DNA of 64,000 bases. It comes from Candidatus Poribacteria bacterium (GTDB taxonomy: Bacteria; Poribacteria; WGA-4E; WGA-3G). This document shows, one piece after another, positions 37,796 through 47,120 of the stretch (the stretch's first letter is position 1; every line of letters begins with the position of its first letter). The notes beneath the pieces were generated by a model, which saw only the letters and a list, made by a program, of their open reading frames with translations, was not told the origin of the DNA and did no database searches. The translations under genes were made by a program, and so were the position numbers. Where the stretch lies: positions 1,289,188 to 1,353,187 of the forward strand of contig OZ244563.1 of assembly GCA_965217715.1 (NCBI GenBank), given 5' to 3'.

Positions 37796-38698
37796 ATGTT
37801 TAAGGCAAAAACTTTCCTAATTGCATCTGCAAAGGAACTAAAATCAAAACTCACTTCCGGTTTTTTGGCGTTTGTATTAATAGTGCTGTCTTGTTTACTA
37901 ACGCTCCCTGTTTTCGCGCAGTTAGCGATAGATAATCACCCATCCGAAGAAGATGCTTGGGGCAATGCAAAGATCAATGTATACGTGTCCGCGAGTATTG
38001 ACTCACTCTACTATGATGGTATGAAACCCGGTGTTGCCTATGTCAGTGGTACGCTTGAGATGGTAAACTATGACGATGAAGAAAGTTACTCCTGGAACGG
38101 GGATCTTCGCCTTGATGTCCTTCCATCGGGAGACGATCCAAACCAAGGAGCTCCTTGCTGTGATGAAAAAGAACCCTTTTCTGGCACCCTTAATCCCGGG
38201 GATGTATTCTCCACAACTTATTACGCTTCCGTGCATGTTGACAGGACAGGCACACAAAGAGGGCAATGGTGGAGATTGAAGGGTACGATTACTGTCTATT
38301 TACCAGAGGATCAACAATGGCAAGCGGATTATGATGACGTTACATTTTTTCACGATCCTGGCGGATCGGTTGGCATTGGTCCCATGACAAACGGAGATTT
38401 CTCAGAGGATTTCACCGGTGATGTCGGCGATAGCTGGGATTCATTAATGATCACAGATGCTCCTTATGATGAGATATGGTGGTATGTCAAACCGCCCTGG
38501 GATACCAGTTATTACGGAACAGACGAGGAAATCGATGAAGGCAACGGTGAAGACAGACGGGCAACGATGACTTACACGTTCCCTGCGTACCCTGAAGATT
38601 ATGATGGTAATAATCGTTACTTTACAATAACTGCTTATGTTTACCGATGGGATGGATCTGTCTACGAGAAACACTATGATGTCTTGGTAAACCCATAA
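37796..38698 (+). CDS. Hypothetical secreted/anchored protein
   Basis: ATG at 37796 follows AGGAG with an 8-nt spacer. Signal anchor GFLAFVLIVLSCLLTLPVFAQ. D/E/Y/W-rich, with no recognised family. Confidence 0.5.
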   Translation: MFKAKTFLIASAKELKSKLTSGFLAFVLIVLSCLLTLPVFAQLAIDNHPSEEDAWGNAKINVYVSASIDSLYYDGMKPGVAYVSGTLEMVNYDDEESYSWNGDLRLDVLPSGDDPNQGAPCCDEKEPFSGTLNPGDVFSTTYYASVHVDRTGTQRGQWWRLKGTITVYLPEDQQWQADYDDVTFFHDPGGSVGIGPMTNGDFSEDFTGDVGDSWDSLMITDAPYDEIWWYVKPPWDTSYYGTDEEIDEGNGEDRRATMTYTFPAYPEDYDGNNRYFTITAYVYRWDGSVYEKHYDVLVNP

Positions 38699-38806
38699 TG
38701 TGCTGTTCTCATTTATATTTCAGTAGTCGAAGTTTCAAACTTCGACTACTGAAATATACCTACACTTAGGAATTGACAACGGACAAATGACGTGAGGAGA
38801 ACGATA

Positions 38807-39802
38807 ATGCCACAACTTAAACGTATTTTCACTTGCTGTATGTTCTTGTTGTTGGTACCGTGCTTTGCTACCGCGAAAATTGTTTTCATATCGAAACGTG
38901 GCGGTGCCAACGACGTTCATGTGATGAATGACGATGGAAGCAACGTCCAAAGATTAACATCCGCAAAACCTTTACAGTATGATATTGACCCCAAATGGGC
39001 ACCGGATGGTCAGCACATTGCATTTTTGAGACATCTGCCCCGAAACCGAATGCAAGAGTTTCAATTATTCGTAATCGCCCCGGATGGCAGCAATGCAAAG
39101 CAACTCACCTTTCCGCCTATGAAGAGTGGGGCATACCATACGTGGGGGCCAGATGGTCACCGCATCGCATTCAGTGGCCACCAAAATGGGACGACAGAAA
39201 TTTATGTAATGGACATCGTAACCCGAAAGACTCAACAACTCACGCACCTCGGAGGGGCTTGGGTACGCACTTGGTCTCCGGATGGTGAATATATTGCCTA
39301 CGAGCATGACCTTGCAAACGGAGGGAGCATTATTTCCGTGATGCGTGCAAACGGAAAAGGGACGCGGCCTTTCATTTCTATTTGGCAGGGAAACCTATAT
39401 CGTCAATCCTTTCAATGGTCGCCAGATAGCACTTCTCTTATGTATAGCGAAAGAGGTATCGGCGAAAATGGAAAACACCTCGGCAGTCAAGTCGTGATCC
39501 AGAAGTACAATCATGCTACAGGGAAAGGTGGTGAGAAGCAGCTTCTAAAAACACCTAAAGGTTGGTTGATCCATTCCTTAGCTTGGATCGACAGTGGTAA
39601 AGCGGTACTGATAACCGCAGAGGAACATGATACGCCGGTTCCGCAATATGATATCTATCGGTATAACCTGGCTAATGACAAGATAACTAACCTGACAAAC
39701 AATCCGAGGGATGACTTCTTTCCACATTGGATAAGTGATAGCACGTTTTCTGTGACCCCACGGAGTAAAAAAATACTACAGTGGGGAACACTAAAGAAAT
39801 GA
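38807..39802 (+). CDS. TolB-like PD40 beta-propeller repeat protein, exported
   Basis: ATG at 38807 follows GAGGAG. Signal peptide, then repeated PD40-type units (P.W.PDG..IAF; W.PDG.RIAFSG; WSPDGEYIAY; QWSPDSTSLMY). Confidence 0.7.
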   Translation: MPQLKRIFTCCMFLLLVPCFATAKIVFISKRGGANDVHVMNDDGSNVQRLTSAKPLQYDIDPKWAPDGQHIAFLRHLPRNRMQEFQLFVIAPDGSNAKQLTFPPMKSGAYHTWGPDGHRIAFSGHQNGTTEIYVMDIVTRKTQQLTHLGGAWVRTWSPDGEYIAYEHDLANGGSIISVMRANGKGTRPFISIWQGNLYRQSFQWSPDSTSLMYSERGIGENGKHLGSQVVIQKYNHATGKGGEKQLLKTPKGWLIHSLAWIDSGKAVLITAEEHDTPVPQYDIYRYNLANDKITNLTNNPRDDFFPHWISDSTFSVTPRSKKILQWGTLKK

Positions 39803-39826
39803 AACCTTGATCCTTATGCAACGATT

Positions 39827-39869
39827 GAAACGAAAGTCGCGCTATCTTTGGGAATGCGGCTTTCGTTTC
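39827..39869. terminator. Hairpin between convergent genes (10-bp stem GAAACGAAAG/CTTTCGTTTC)
   Basis: Perfect 10-bp stem with a 23-nt loop, nested in a longer imperfect palindrome. There is no clear U-tract, so terminator function is inferred from position only. Confidence 0.4.
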
Positions 39870-39912
39870 ACGGCAAGGACGAGTCGTTAAGCAATTAGCA
39901 ACATAAGCTGTT

Positions 39913-41088
39913 CTATTTGCCATAAATTAGTTTCCGCACATTTGCAAACCCATCTATCGCATGTTCTATGTCAGAATCTGTGTGCGTTGCCATTACGGTA
40001 ACGCGTAAACGACTTGTACCTGATGGCACTGCTGGCGGACGAATTGCAGGCGCAAACACATCTTCTGCAAGCAACGCCTCAGCGACATCTGTTGCGTGTT
40101 GCGGTTCCCCTAATATAACTGGCAAAATCTGTGTTTGGCTCGGTAATAAGGTATACCCTAAATCCATTAACGCTGCTTTCATGGTCTCTGCATGTTTTAG
40201 TAGCTGTCGCCGCAAATTCCGTGAAGAACGCATAACGTTGAGTGCCGCATCTGCAGCTGCTAACGTCGCAGGTGGAAGTCCTGTCGTAAAAATGAAGCCA
40301 CGCGCTCGGTTGATGAGTAAATCAATCAACAAACGACTTCCCGCGACATATCCTCCCAGTCCACCAATCGCTTTACTGAGCGTCCCCATCTGAATAATAT
40401 TTTCATCTTCAAGTCCGAAATGTGCTACGGTGCCACTTCCATCTTTTCCTAAAACGCCAAACCCATGTGCATCATCTATTAGAAGTACCGCTTCATATTC
40501 CTTAGCGACTTCATATATATCTGGTAACGGGGCAATATCACCGTCCATACTGAAAACACCGTCTGTCACAATGAGTCGCCGCTTAAAATCAGAAGACTCG
40601 GCTAATAATGTCTTTAGGTGTTCCACATCGCAATGTCGGTAGACCTTTTTGGTAGCACGACTGAGACGGCATCCGTCAATAATGCTCGCATGGTTGAGTG
40701 CATCGCTTAAAATAAGGTCACCTTCCCCTGCCAGCACAGGAATAATGCTCGTATTCACAGCATAACCCGAGCTAAAGACCAGCGATGCTTCAGTTCCTTT
40801 TGTTTTCGCTAAGTTGACTTCCAAATTTGTGTAGAGTTCGCTATTTCCTGAGATAAGGCGAGAACCGCTTGCACCTGTGCCATAAACTTGCGCTGCCGCA
40901 GCTGCTGCGGCAACAACCCTATGGTGCGTGCTTAAGCCCAAATAGTTGTTTGAGCCGAGGTTCACAACATAGTTTCCATCAAGAGTGATTAGACCTGTTG
41001 GCGGACTCATCACAGTGCGGAGGTGGCGCAACAATCCTGCTTCTTCAAGTTCCGCGTATTCTGTTTGTAGCCAGTCGTGATAGTTCAT
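39913..41088 (-). CDS. bioF: 8-amino-7-oxononanoate synthase-type class II aminotransferase (BioF/Kbl family)
   Basis: [36 protein letters not shown], the PLP lysine in [14 protein letters not shown], and [10 protein letters not shown]. The BioF versus Kbl call is tentative. Confidence 0.6.
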   Translation of the reverse strand: MNYHDWLQTEYAELEEAGLLRHLRTVMSPPTGLITLDGNYVVNLGSNNYLGLSTHHRVVAAAAAAAQVYGTGASGSRLISGNSELYTNLEVNLAKTKGTEASLVFSSGYAVNTSIIPVLAGEGDLILSDALNHASIIDGCRLSRATKKVYRHCDVEHLKTLLAESSDFKRRLIVTDGVFSMDGDIAPLPDIYEVAKEYEAVLLIDDAHGFGVLGKDGSGTVAHFGLEDENIIQMGTLSKAIGGLGGYVAGSRLLIDLLINRARGFIFTTGLPPATLAAADAALNVMRSSRNLRRQLLKHAETMKAALMDLGYTLLPSQTQILPVILGEPQHATDVAEALLAEDVFAPAIRPPAVPSGTSRLRVTVMATHTDSDIEHAIDGFANVRKLIYGK

Positions 41089-41092
41089 CTCT

Positions 41093-42007
41093 TCACCCGA
41101 TGAACTGTCTAAGAAAGATATGGCTCTGCTTTAAAGCACGTTGCCGTGTTTCCAACGTCGCTTCATAAGCGCGATCCTCAACCTCAACACAGACTGCACC
41201 CTCATAACCGGTATCGCTCAAGACAGAGAAAAAACGCCCCCAATCCACATCGCCAAGTCCCGGCAGTTTCGGTGTATGATACGCCAGCGGTGTTGCAAGA
41301 ATGCCTACCTCATCAAGCTTTGCCCTATCTAACCGTACATCCTTTGCATGCACATGGAAGATGCGATCAGCAAAAGTGACAAGCGGTTTCAGGTAGTCCA
41401 TCTGCAGCCATATAAAATGGGACGGGTCAAAGTTGAGTCCGAAATTTTCGGATGGAATCTCCTCAAACATCTGTTTCCAAATCGCAGGACTATACGCAAG
41501 GTTTTGTCCAGCAGGCCATTCGTCTTCGGTAAAAAACATCGGACAATTTTCAATGCCGATACGGATGCCCTGATCCGCAGCAAATTGGATAAGCGGTTTC
41601 CATACTCGCTTGAACCGTGCCCAATTGTCGTCTATTGTGCGTGTCTGATCCCTACCGATGAATGTGTTTACAATATCTACTGACAACCTTTTCGCTGCAA
41701 GTATCAGTTGTTTAAGATGTTCGCTATAGATATTTGCTTCTGTTTCGTTAGGTATGAGTGGGTTTGGGTAGTAGCCTAAGCCGCTAATCGTTATCCCCGC
41801 ATCCGTTACACACTGCAGGATTTGGTCTGCTTCTGCTTCGGAAAGTGCCGCTACGTCAACGTGTGTAACGCCTGCATAACGTCTCTCGGCTTTTCCTTTG
41901 GGCCAGCACATCAGTTCAACACAATCATAACCTGTGTCGGCAGCAAATTGGACAACCTCCGCCAATGTTTGGTCAGGCAAAATCGCACTCACAAATCCAA
42001 GTTTCAT
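41093..42007 (-). CDS. Sugar phosphate isomerase/epimerase (xylose-isomerase-like TIM barrel)
   Basis: ATG at 42007 follows GGAGG. The blocks GYDCVEL, IGIEN and HVHAKD are typical of AP_endonuc_2/TIM-barrel isomerases. Confidence 0.7.
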   Translation of the reverse strand: MKLGFVSAILPDQTLAEVVQFAADTGYDCVELMCWPKGKAERRYAGVTHVDVAALSEAEADQILQCVTDAGITISGLGYYPNPLIPNETEANIYSEHLKQLILAAKRLSVDIVNTFIGRDQTRTIDDNWARFKRVWKPLIQFAADQGIRIGIENCPMFFTEDEWPAGQNLAYSPAIWKQMFEEIPSENFGLNFDPSHFIWLQMDYLKPLVTFADRIFHVHAKDVRLDRAKLDEVGILATPLAYHTPKLPGLGDVDWGRFFSVLSDTGYEGAVCVEVEDRAYEATLETRQRALKQSHIFLRQFIG

Positions 42008-42126
42008 ACACAACCTCCATGTCGCTTTTCACCATTATACTACGCATCTTACAATTTTGGCATGTCTTTTGTTTAACCTACTTCAAAATCGTTTATAGGG
42101 CGGGGTCTCATGTGCTGCCTTTGTTG

Positions 42127-42167
42127 TCTGAACCAAGATTCACAGGATTATAGGATTTCCAAGATTG
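42127..42167 (-). promoter_or_regulatory. AATC(C/T)NNNN phased repeat array, minus orientation
   Basis: The reverse complement reads AATCTTGGA AATCCTAT AATCCTGTG AATCTTGGTTCAGAC. It lies 115-160 nt upstream of the isomerase start on the minus strand. Confidence 0.4.
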
Positions 42168-42172
42168 TCCTT

Positions 42173-42466
42173 ATCAAATCTTTTAACAAATTTATAGTAA
42201 AATCCATTATTATTTATACACTACGGTAGGTTCGGTTTCCTAACCGAACCGTGTTTATTCAGTTCCATAGATGCGGTTAGGAAACCGCATCTACCAGGGA
42301 GTATGCACATATTTTCAGAATCAAATCTTTTAACAAATTTATAGTAAAATCCATTATTATTTATACACTACGGTAGGTTCGGTTTCCTAACCGAACCGTG
42401 TTTATTCAGTTCCATAGATGCGGTTAGGAAACCGCATCTACCAGGGAGTATGCACATATTTTCAGA
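42173..42466. repeat. Tandem duplication (2 x 147 bp) of a composite double-hairpin repeat
   Basis: Copies at 42173-42319 and 42320-42466 look identical by eye. Each contains GGTAGGTTCGGTTTCCTAACCGAACC and GATGCGGTTAGGAAACCGCATCTACC. Confidence 0.9.
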
Positions 42467-42525
42467 TTTCACTATAAGCAGCAATGTTCTGGCAAAGTGA
42501 TGTGTTTTCTGCCGAAGATGCCAAC

Positions 42526-42566
42526 AATCCTGAAAATCTGGGAATCCTGAGAATCCTGGTTCAGGC
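42526..42566 (+). promoter_or_regulatory. AATC(C/T)NNNN phased repeat array, plus orientation
   Basis: AATCCTGAA AATCTGGG AATCCTGAG AATCCTGGTTCAGGC, about 105 nt upstream of the PhyH gene start. It is an imperfect inverted copy of 42127-42167. Confidence 0.4.
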
Positions 42567-42670
42567 AAATGGCGAGTACGAAAACCCACCACTACAAAAG
42601 ATATGAATTTTGTTTCAAAATATAAAAAATTATGATAGAATTCACTATATAAGCCTAAAAGGAGGGAATT

Positions 42671-43486
42671 ATGACTCCTAAACAACGATACCTATTTGAC
42701 TTGACGGGCTATATCCACCTGAAAAATGTTCTCAGCGATGCGGAATTGCAAAATGCTCAGAATGCTGTTGAACGATGCGTCCAAACACCTGAAGACGAAC
42801 TCCCGCCAGGTATTGGTTATGGCGGTGGCGGTTTTTCCAACGGTTTTTCATTTGACAAATCGCTTGAGGCACTCACACTTCACCCAAAAACCTGGCCCAT
42901 TGTAAAAGAATTGACCAGCAACAGACCGCTTTTCAATCGTGGGTCTCTGGTCGCAAAAGGTCCTGAACACGATCAGGTTATCGGCAAGCTGCACTGTGCC
43001 CGTGAAGATTGTGGATGGCAGACAAGACGCTACGTCGCTAAAAATGGAACAATTCACAACAACGACTTTGCAATCTTTTTCTATTTCACCGATGTCTATC
43101 CCGGCGAAGGCGGATTAGTGGTGTTACCAGGTTCTCACAAAGCCGGTTTTGAACGACCAGAAGGGATTTTCTTTCCAGACACAGAGAATCCCCCGGATGA
43201 ACTTCATCCTGCCCTCGTAAATGTTACCGCACGTGCAGGCGATGCGATTGTCATGTCCGAGTTACTGACACACGGCGTTTTAATATGGAAACCGAAGGAA
43301 CGGTATCGCCGATTTCTCATCTTGCGTTACAAAACGCAGTTTTTCCAAGATAATAGAGGACGCAGAGACCCGTTTCCACCTGAAGTGATGGAGCGGCTTT
43401 CTCCTGAAACCCGTGAACTTGCACAACCCGCACATTATACACATATCAAGGATATTGTTAAACAAGAACATGTCCAGTTAACCTAA
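42671..43486 (+). CDS. Phytanoyl-CoA dioxygenase (PhyH) family protein
   Basis: 271 aa. Strong SD AAAGGAGGG. Fe(II)/2OG-type layout with GGLVVLPGSHK and TARAGDAIVMSELLTHG. Confidence 0.7.
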   Translation: MTPKQRYLFDLTGYIHLKNVLSDAELQNAQNAVERCVQTPEDELPPGIGYGGGGFSNGFSFDKSLEALTLHPKTWPIVKELTSNRPLFNRGSLVAKGPEHDQVIGKLHCAREDCGWQTRRYVAKNGTIHNNDFAIFFYFTDVYPGEGGLVVLPGSHKAGFERPEGIFFPDTENPPDELHPALVNVTARAGDAIVMSELLTHGVLIWKPKERYRRFLILRYKTQFFQDNRGRRDPFPPEVMERLSPETRELAQPAHYTHIKDIVKQEHVQLT

Positions 43487-43496
43487 AGGAAGAGAA

Positions 43497-44336
43497 ATGA
43501 CACCAGAACAACGCTATCTATTTGACGTTACAGGTTATCTACACATAAAAAACGCTGTTACGGGAGACGCGCTGAAAGCAGCACAAGAGGCTGTTGATAG
43601 GTATATTCACATGCCACTTGACGAGCGTCCCGAAGGATTTACGACGCGTCCGCGCGAATTAGAACCCGGCAAAGGCGGTAGATATGAACACGGATTTGCG
43701 TTTGACCGATCGCTTGAAGCGATGACGGTGCATCCTACTATCTGGCCCCTTGTCAAAGAGTTCACCTTTGATATGCCGAGGTTTGTAACAGGCACGCTCA
43801 CACTCGAACAGCACAATCCCGACAGGCAACCGATGGGAACAAATCCTGCGGGGCTGCATTGTGCACGCGAGGGACGCCATTGGCTCACCCGATATGAAGT
43901 TAAGGATAGCCAAATCTACTGCAATGATTTTGTGGCGTTCTTTTACCTCACCGATGTAAATCCTGGCGATGGTGGACTCATTGTGATTCCGGGTTCACAT
44001 AAGAGTCAATTTGAACGACCTGAAGATCTTCTGATGCCCGGACCAGATGGCATTGATCCGGAACCAGATGAAGTTATTACCAACCTAACGCCGAAAGCAG
44101 GCGATTTTCTTGTTATCTCCGAACTCTTGACACACGGCGTTTTGCAGTGGAGACCAAAAGATCGAGATAGACGATTCCTTATTCTACGGTATCGTCCGCA
44201 ATATGAAGGCAGGTCCGGATTGCCAGAGCCAATCGTCAATCGCTTGTCACCAGAGGTGCAGGAATTAACACAATCCGCATCTTATGGACACATAAAGGAA
44301 GTTGTCAAACAGGATGTTGTCCAATTAACGGCTTAA
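43497..44336 (+). CDS. Phytanoyl-CoA dioxygenase (PhyH) family protein, tandem paralogue
   Basis: 279 aa and collinear with the previous gene (MTPEQRYLFDVTGYLHIKN versus MTPKQRYLFDLTGYIHLKN; GGLIVIPGSHK; SELLTHGVL). Confidence 0.7.
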   Translation: MTPEQRYLFDVTGYLHIKNAVTGDALKAAQEAVDRYIHMPLDERPEGFTTRPRELEPGKGGRYEHGFAFDRSLEAMTVHPTIWPLVKEFTFDMPRFVTGTLTLEQHNPDRQPMGTNPAGLHCAREGRHWLTRYEVKDSQIYCNDFVAFFYLTDVNPGDGGLIVIPGSHKSQFERPEDLLMPGPDGIDPEPDEVITNLTPKAGDFLVISELLTHGVLQWRPKDRDRRFLILRYRPQYEGRSGLPEPIVNRLSPEVQELTQSASYGHIKEVVKQDVVQLTA

Positions 44337-44379
44337 AGGGAAAACATCATCTAAGGCGAAATTTAATGGAGGAACTCCG

Positions 44380-45423
44380 ATGGAAACCACACAATACCGC
44401 GTTTGTATTGTTGGCTGTGGACGGATGGGCGGCACCATTGATGAGGAGGTGCGGGGAACACCCCACGGTGCGCTACCTTACTCACATGCTGCCGGCTACA
44501 CCGCTTTTGAACGAACAACAATTGTCGCTGGCGCAGATGTGGTTGAAGATAAGGCACAGTACGTTTGTGACAAATGGGACATCCCAAAATACTATCTTGA
44601 CTATCAAGAAATGATAGTGCAAGAGAAACCGGATATTATCAGCATCGCCACGCGACCGGGTAACCACGCCGACATCACACAATTTGCCGCAGAAAACGGT
44701 GTGAAAGGCATCTATTGCGACAAACCGCTCTGCGCCTCAATTTCAGAGGCGGACGCTATGCTTGAGGTATGCGAGGAATACAATATCAAGTTCAACCTCG
44801 GTACACAGCGTCGCTTTACTCCAGGCTATATTAAGATGCGTGAAATCCTTGAAAGTGGCGAATTAGGAGAGCGGCGTTCTATCATCTCCTATACAGGTGG
44901 TTCTGCCTTATGGGGCTACACGCACGCTGCTGACCTAATTCTCTTTTTAGCAAGTGATTCACCGATAGAATATGTCCAAGGCAACGTCGCTGTTGATGAT
45001 GCCGACTTTGAGGATAACCGCACCGATTCAGATCCGGGAATTGTGATGGGATTCATCCGTTTTCAGAACGGTATCAACGGCATCAGTATTCCCGGCACCG
45101 CTTACGAATTTGAAGTGAATTGCAGTGAAGGCACAGTCCGTTCTCTCAACAACGGTCTCGGTTTTCAACTCCGCAAACGGCAGGGACAGTTTAATGAAAT
45201 TTTAGACGCACAATTCCCATCTTTTGAACGGAAAAGCGGCACTGTAGGATGTATTGAGGACATCGTTGAAGCAATTGACACCGATACTGAGACGCAAGGC
45301 AACATTCAGCTTGCACATCGTAGTACCGAAATGGTTTTTGCTATCGTTGACTCGCAACGGCAGAAAGGCATTCGTGTGCCGATACCGATGGAAAACCGAG
45401 GTCTCTATCTCGGAAGGTGGTAA
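44380..45423 (+). CDS. Gfo/Idh/MocA-family oxidoreductase
   Basis: N-terminal YRVCIVGCGRMGG Rossmann motif, and CDKPL. Confidence 0.7.
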   Translation: METTQYRVCIVGCGRMGGTIDEEVRGTPHGALPYSHAAGYTAFERTTIVAGADVVEDKAQYVCDKWDIPKYYLDYQEMIVQEKPDIISIATRPGNHADITQFAAENGVKGIYCDKPLCASISEADAMLEVCEEYNIKFNLGTQRRFTPGYIKMREILESGELGERRSIISYTGGSALWGYTHAADLILFLASDSPIEYVQGNVAVDDADFEDNRTDSDPGIVMGFIRFQNGINGISIPGTAYEFEVNCSEGTVRSLNNGLGFQLRKRQGQFNEILDAQFPSFERKSGTVGCIEDIVEAIDTDTETQGNIQLAHRSTEMVFAIVDSQRQKGIRVPIPMENRGLYLGRW

Positions 45424-45427
45424 ACCG

Positions 45428-46303
45428 ATGATTACAAAATTTGACCACTCTTGTTGGAGGGGTTTGCAACCCCGAAATATCAATTGTTGGAGGGGTTTGC
45501 AACCCCGAAATATCAATTGTTGGAGGGGTTTGCAACCCCGAAAACTCACAAAGATTTGTGCCATCGTTGTTGGTATACTGTTTCTGCTAATCTATACAAC
45601 AACTTCACCGAAAGGTGATTCGCACTCAGAACAAGATAAGACACGTCCAGCAAGCACACGATACCAACAACGTGCTCCAAGCCGAGATGGTATCGGCAAA
45701 ATCTATATGGGCCGCGAAATATCGCAGGTCATGGGACATCTCGCTGCGGGGTGGTTAGAACGTCCTGAACGTGAACGCGAAGAGATGCCAAACACCCTCA
45801 TTGAATTGCTAAAACTAAAAGAAGGGGATGCTGTCGCGGATATTGGGGTTGGAACAGGTTACATTGCTCGGCGCATCTCACCCAAAATCGGCAAAACAGG
45901 TATCGTCTACGGCGTCGAAATTCAGCAGGAAATGCTAGACATCCTTGCCGAGAAAATGTCCGAGGAAGGTATTACCAATATCAAAGGCGTATTAGGCACG
46001 ATTACCGATCCGAAACTGCCACCGAATTCGGTCGATCTCGCCATTATGGTAGATGTTTACCATGAATTTTCGCATCCGTATGAGATGATGCAGAATATCT
46101 GCCGTGCCCTCAAAGTAGGCGGTAGGGTGGCTTTTGTAGAATACCGATTGGAAGATGACAGTGTGCCAATCAAACGTTTGCACAAAATGAGCGAATTGCA
46201 GGTGATGAAGGAAGCGACACCTCACCCGTTGTCTTGGGTAGAGACGCATGATGACCTGCCGTGGCAGCATGTTATCATTTTTGAGAAGGTTGCGAGAGAA
46301 TAA
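45428..46303 (+). CDS. Membrane-anchored class I SAM-dependent methyltransferase; N-terminus uncertain
   Basis: SAM motif I VADIGVGTGYIARRI, then VYGVEIQ. A TM segment ICAIVVGILFLLIY precedes the domain. The only in-frame ATG upstream of the TM is 45428 (5 nt after the previous stop), which makes the 3 x 33-bp REP array coding. In-frame TTG codons inside the REP units are alternative starts. Confidence 0.6.
   Translation: MITKFDHSCWRGLQPRNINCWRGLQPRNINCWRGLQPRKLTKICAIVVGILFLLIYTTTSPKGDSHSEQDKTRPASTRYQQRAPSRDGIGKIYMGREISQVMGHLAAGWLERPEREREEMPNTLIELLKLKEGDAVADIGVGTGYIARRISPKIGKTGIVYGVEIQQEMLDILAEKMSEEGITNIKGVLGTITDPKLPPNSVDLAIMVDVYHEFSHPYEMMQNICRALKVGGRVAFVEYRLEDDSVPIKRLHKMSELQVMKEATPHPLSWVETHDDLPWQHVIIFEKVARE
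45452..45545. repeat. 3 tandem type-2 REP-like units with a 33-bp period (TGTTGGAGGGGTTTGCAACCCCGAAATATCAAT)
   Basis: Units at 45452-45484, 45485-45517 and 45518-~45545. They translate in frame as CWRGLQPRNIN x3. Confidence 0.9.
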
Positions 46304-46339
46304 TACGTTTTTGATAGATTCGTTATAGGACCTACCCTT

Positions 46340-46828
46340 ATGACACGAGAACAGTGGAAAGCAGAACTCATTAAAGAAATCCGAGAGTTACAGACACCCG
46401 CTTCACGCCTTTATGCCTTATTACTATTGCACCCAGAAGAACAACACAGGGGACAGGATATAAGCGACACCCTTGATACTATAGAACATGAGGCATGGAA
46501 TCAAAACAAGGTCAATTACGGTGTTTCACTTTTGCAACAACTCCACGCTTTATTATCACTTCTACCTATACACCGATCGCAAAGGGAAATGATGATAGAA
46601 CACTATGAAGTAACTACGATACAAGAATTGGCAGTGACCGAACTTTTAGAGATGGGCATGCTTATCCCTATAGAACTTCCCCAACTCTCAGAATCAGGAA
46701 CTCGTGAAGCTTTAGATCAAATCTATAAAGTCTGTCTCCGATGGAAAGTCTTATTAGACCCAATGTACAAAGAAATAGAGCCATTTCGAGAGGAAATAAA
46801 GTTTATCTATAAGAGGTTTGACGAATAA
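46340..46828 (+). CDS. Hypothetical protein (162 aa)
   Basis: An open frame with an ATG start and no family recognised. It lies inside the segment bounded by the 117-bp direct repeats. Confidence 0.4.
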   Translation: MTREQWKAELIKEIRELQTPASRLYALLLLHPEEQHRGQDISDTLDTIEHEAWNQNKVNYGVSLLQQLHALLSLLPIHRSQREMMIEHYEVTTIQELAVTELLEMGMLIPIELPQLSESGTREALDQIYKVCLRWKVLLDPMYKEIEPFREEIKFIYKRFDE

Positions 46829-46948
46829 ATGACACTCTATATTATCATCTCATATTTTATTTTTATCGCTATCATACCGACACTTATATTTCTATTTGAT
46901 GTCCGTAAACGACTCATTCAAGTAGAAAATGCCAAGCAAGATGAGTGA
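46829..46948 (+). CDS. Possible 39-aa hydrophobic peptide
   Basis: The ATG immediately follows the TAA of the upstream ORF (TAAATG). Translation: MTLYIIISYFIFIAIIPTLIFLFDVRKRLIQVENAKQDE, with one predicted TM segment. It is short, so coding status is uncertain. Confidence 0.25.
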   Translation: MTLYIIISYFIFIAIIPTLIFLFDVRKRLIQVENAKQDE

Positions 46949-47057
46949 ATTGCAGGTGACAAAGGAGGCGACACCGCACCCATTGTCTTGGGTAGAGACG
47001 CATGATGACCGGCCGTGGCAGCATGTTGTCATTTTTGAGAAGGTTGCGGAGAAATAG
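46941..47057 (+). pseudogene. Orphan duplicate of the methyltransferase 3' end (last ~38 codons plus stop)
   Basis: It translates to MSELQVTKEATPHPLSWVETHDDRPWQHVVIFEKVAEK*, compared with MSELQVMKEATPHPLSWVETHDDLPWQHVIIFEKVARE* at 46187-46303. About 12 mismatches in 117 nt by eye. Confidence 0.8.
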
Positions 47058-47120
47058 GTAGGTATATCTTTTACTAACGCAATAGGTTGACAGAAGCTAA
47101 GCTTCTGTTCATAGAAGATA

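Noticed and set aside
42368-42685. 105-aa minus-strand ORF
   Set aside because: It is composed of the 147-bp tandem REP composite and promoter-region DNA, with no coding evidence.
45254-45427. The extended start of the methyltransferase ORF at 45254
   Set aside because: It overlaps the 3' end of the Gfo/Idh/MocA gene in another frame. The first plausible start is the ATG at 45428, or a TTG within the repeats.
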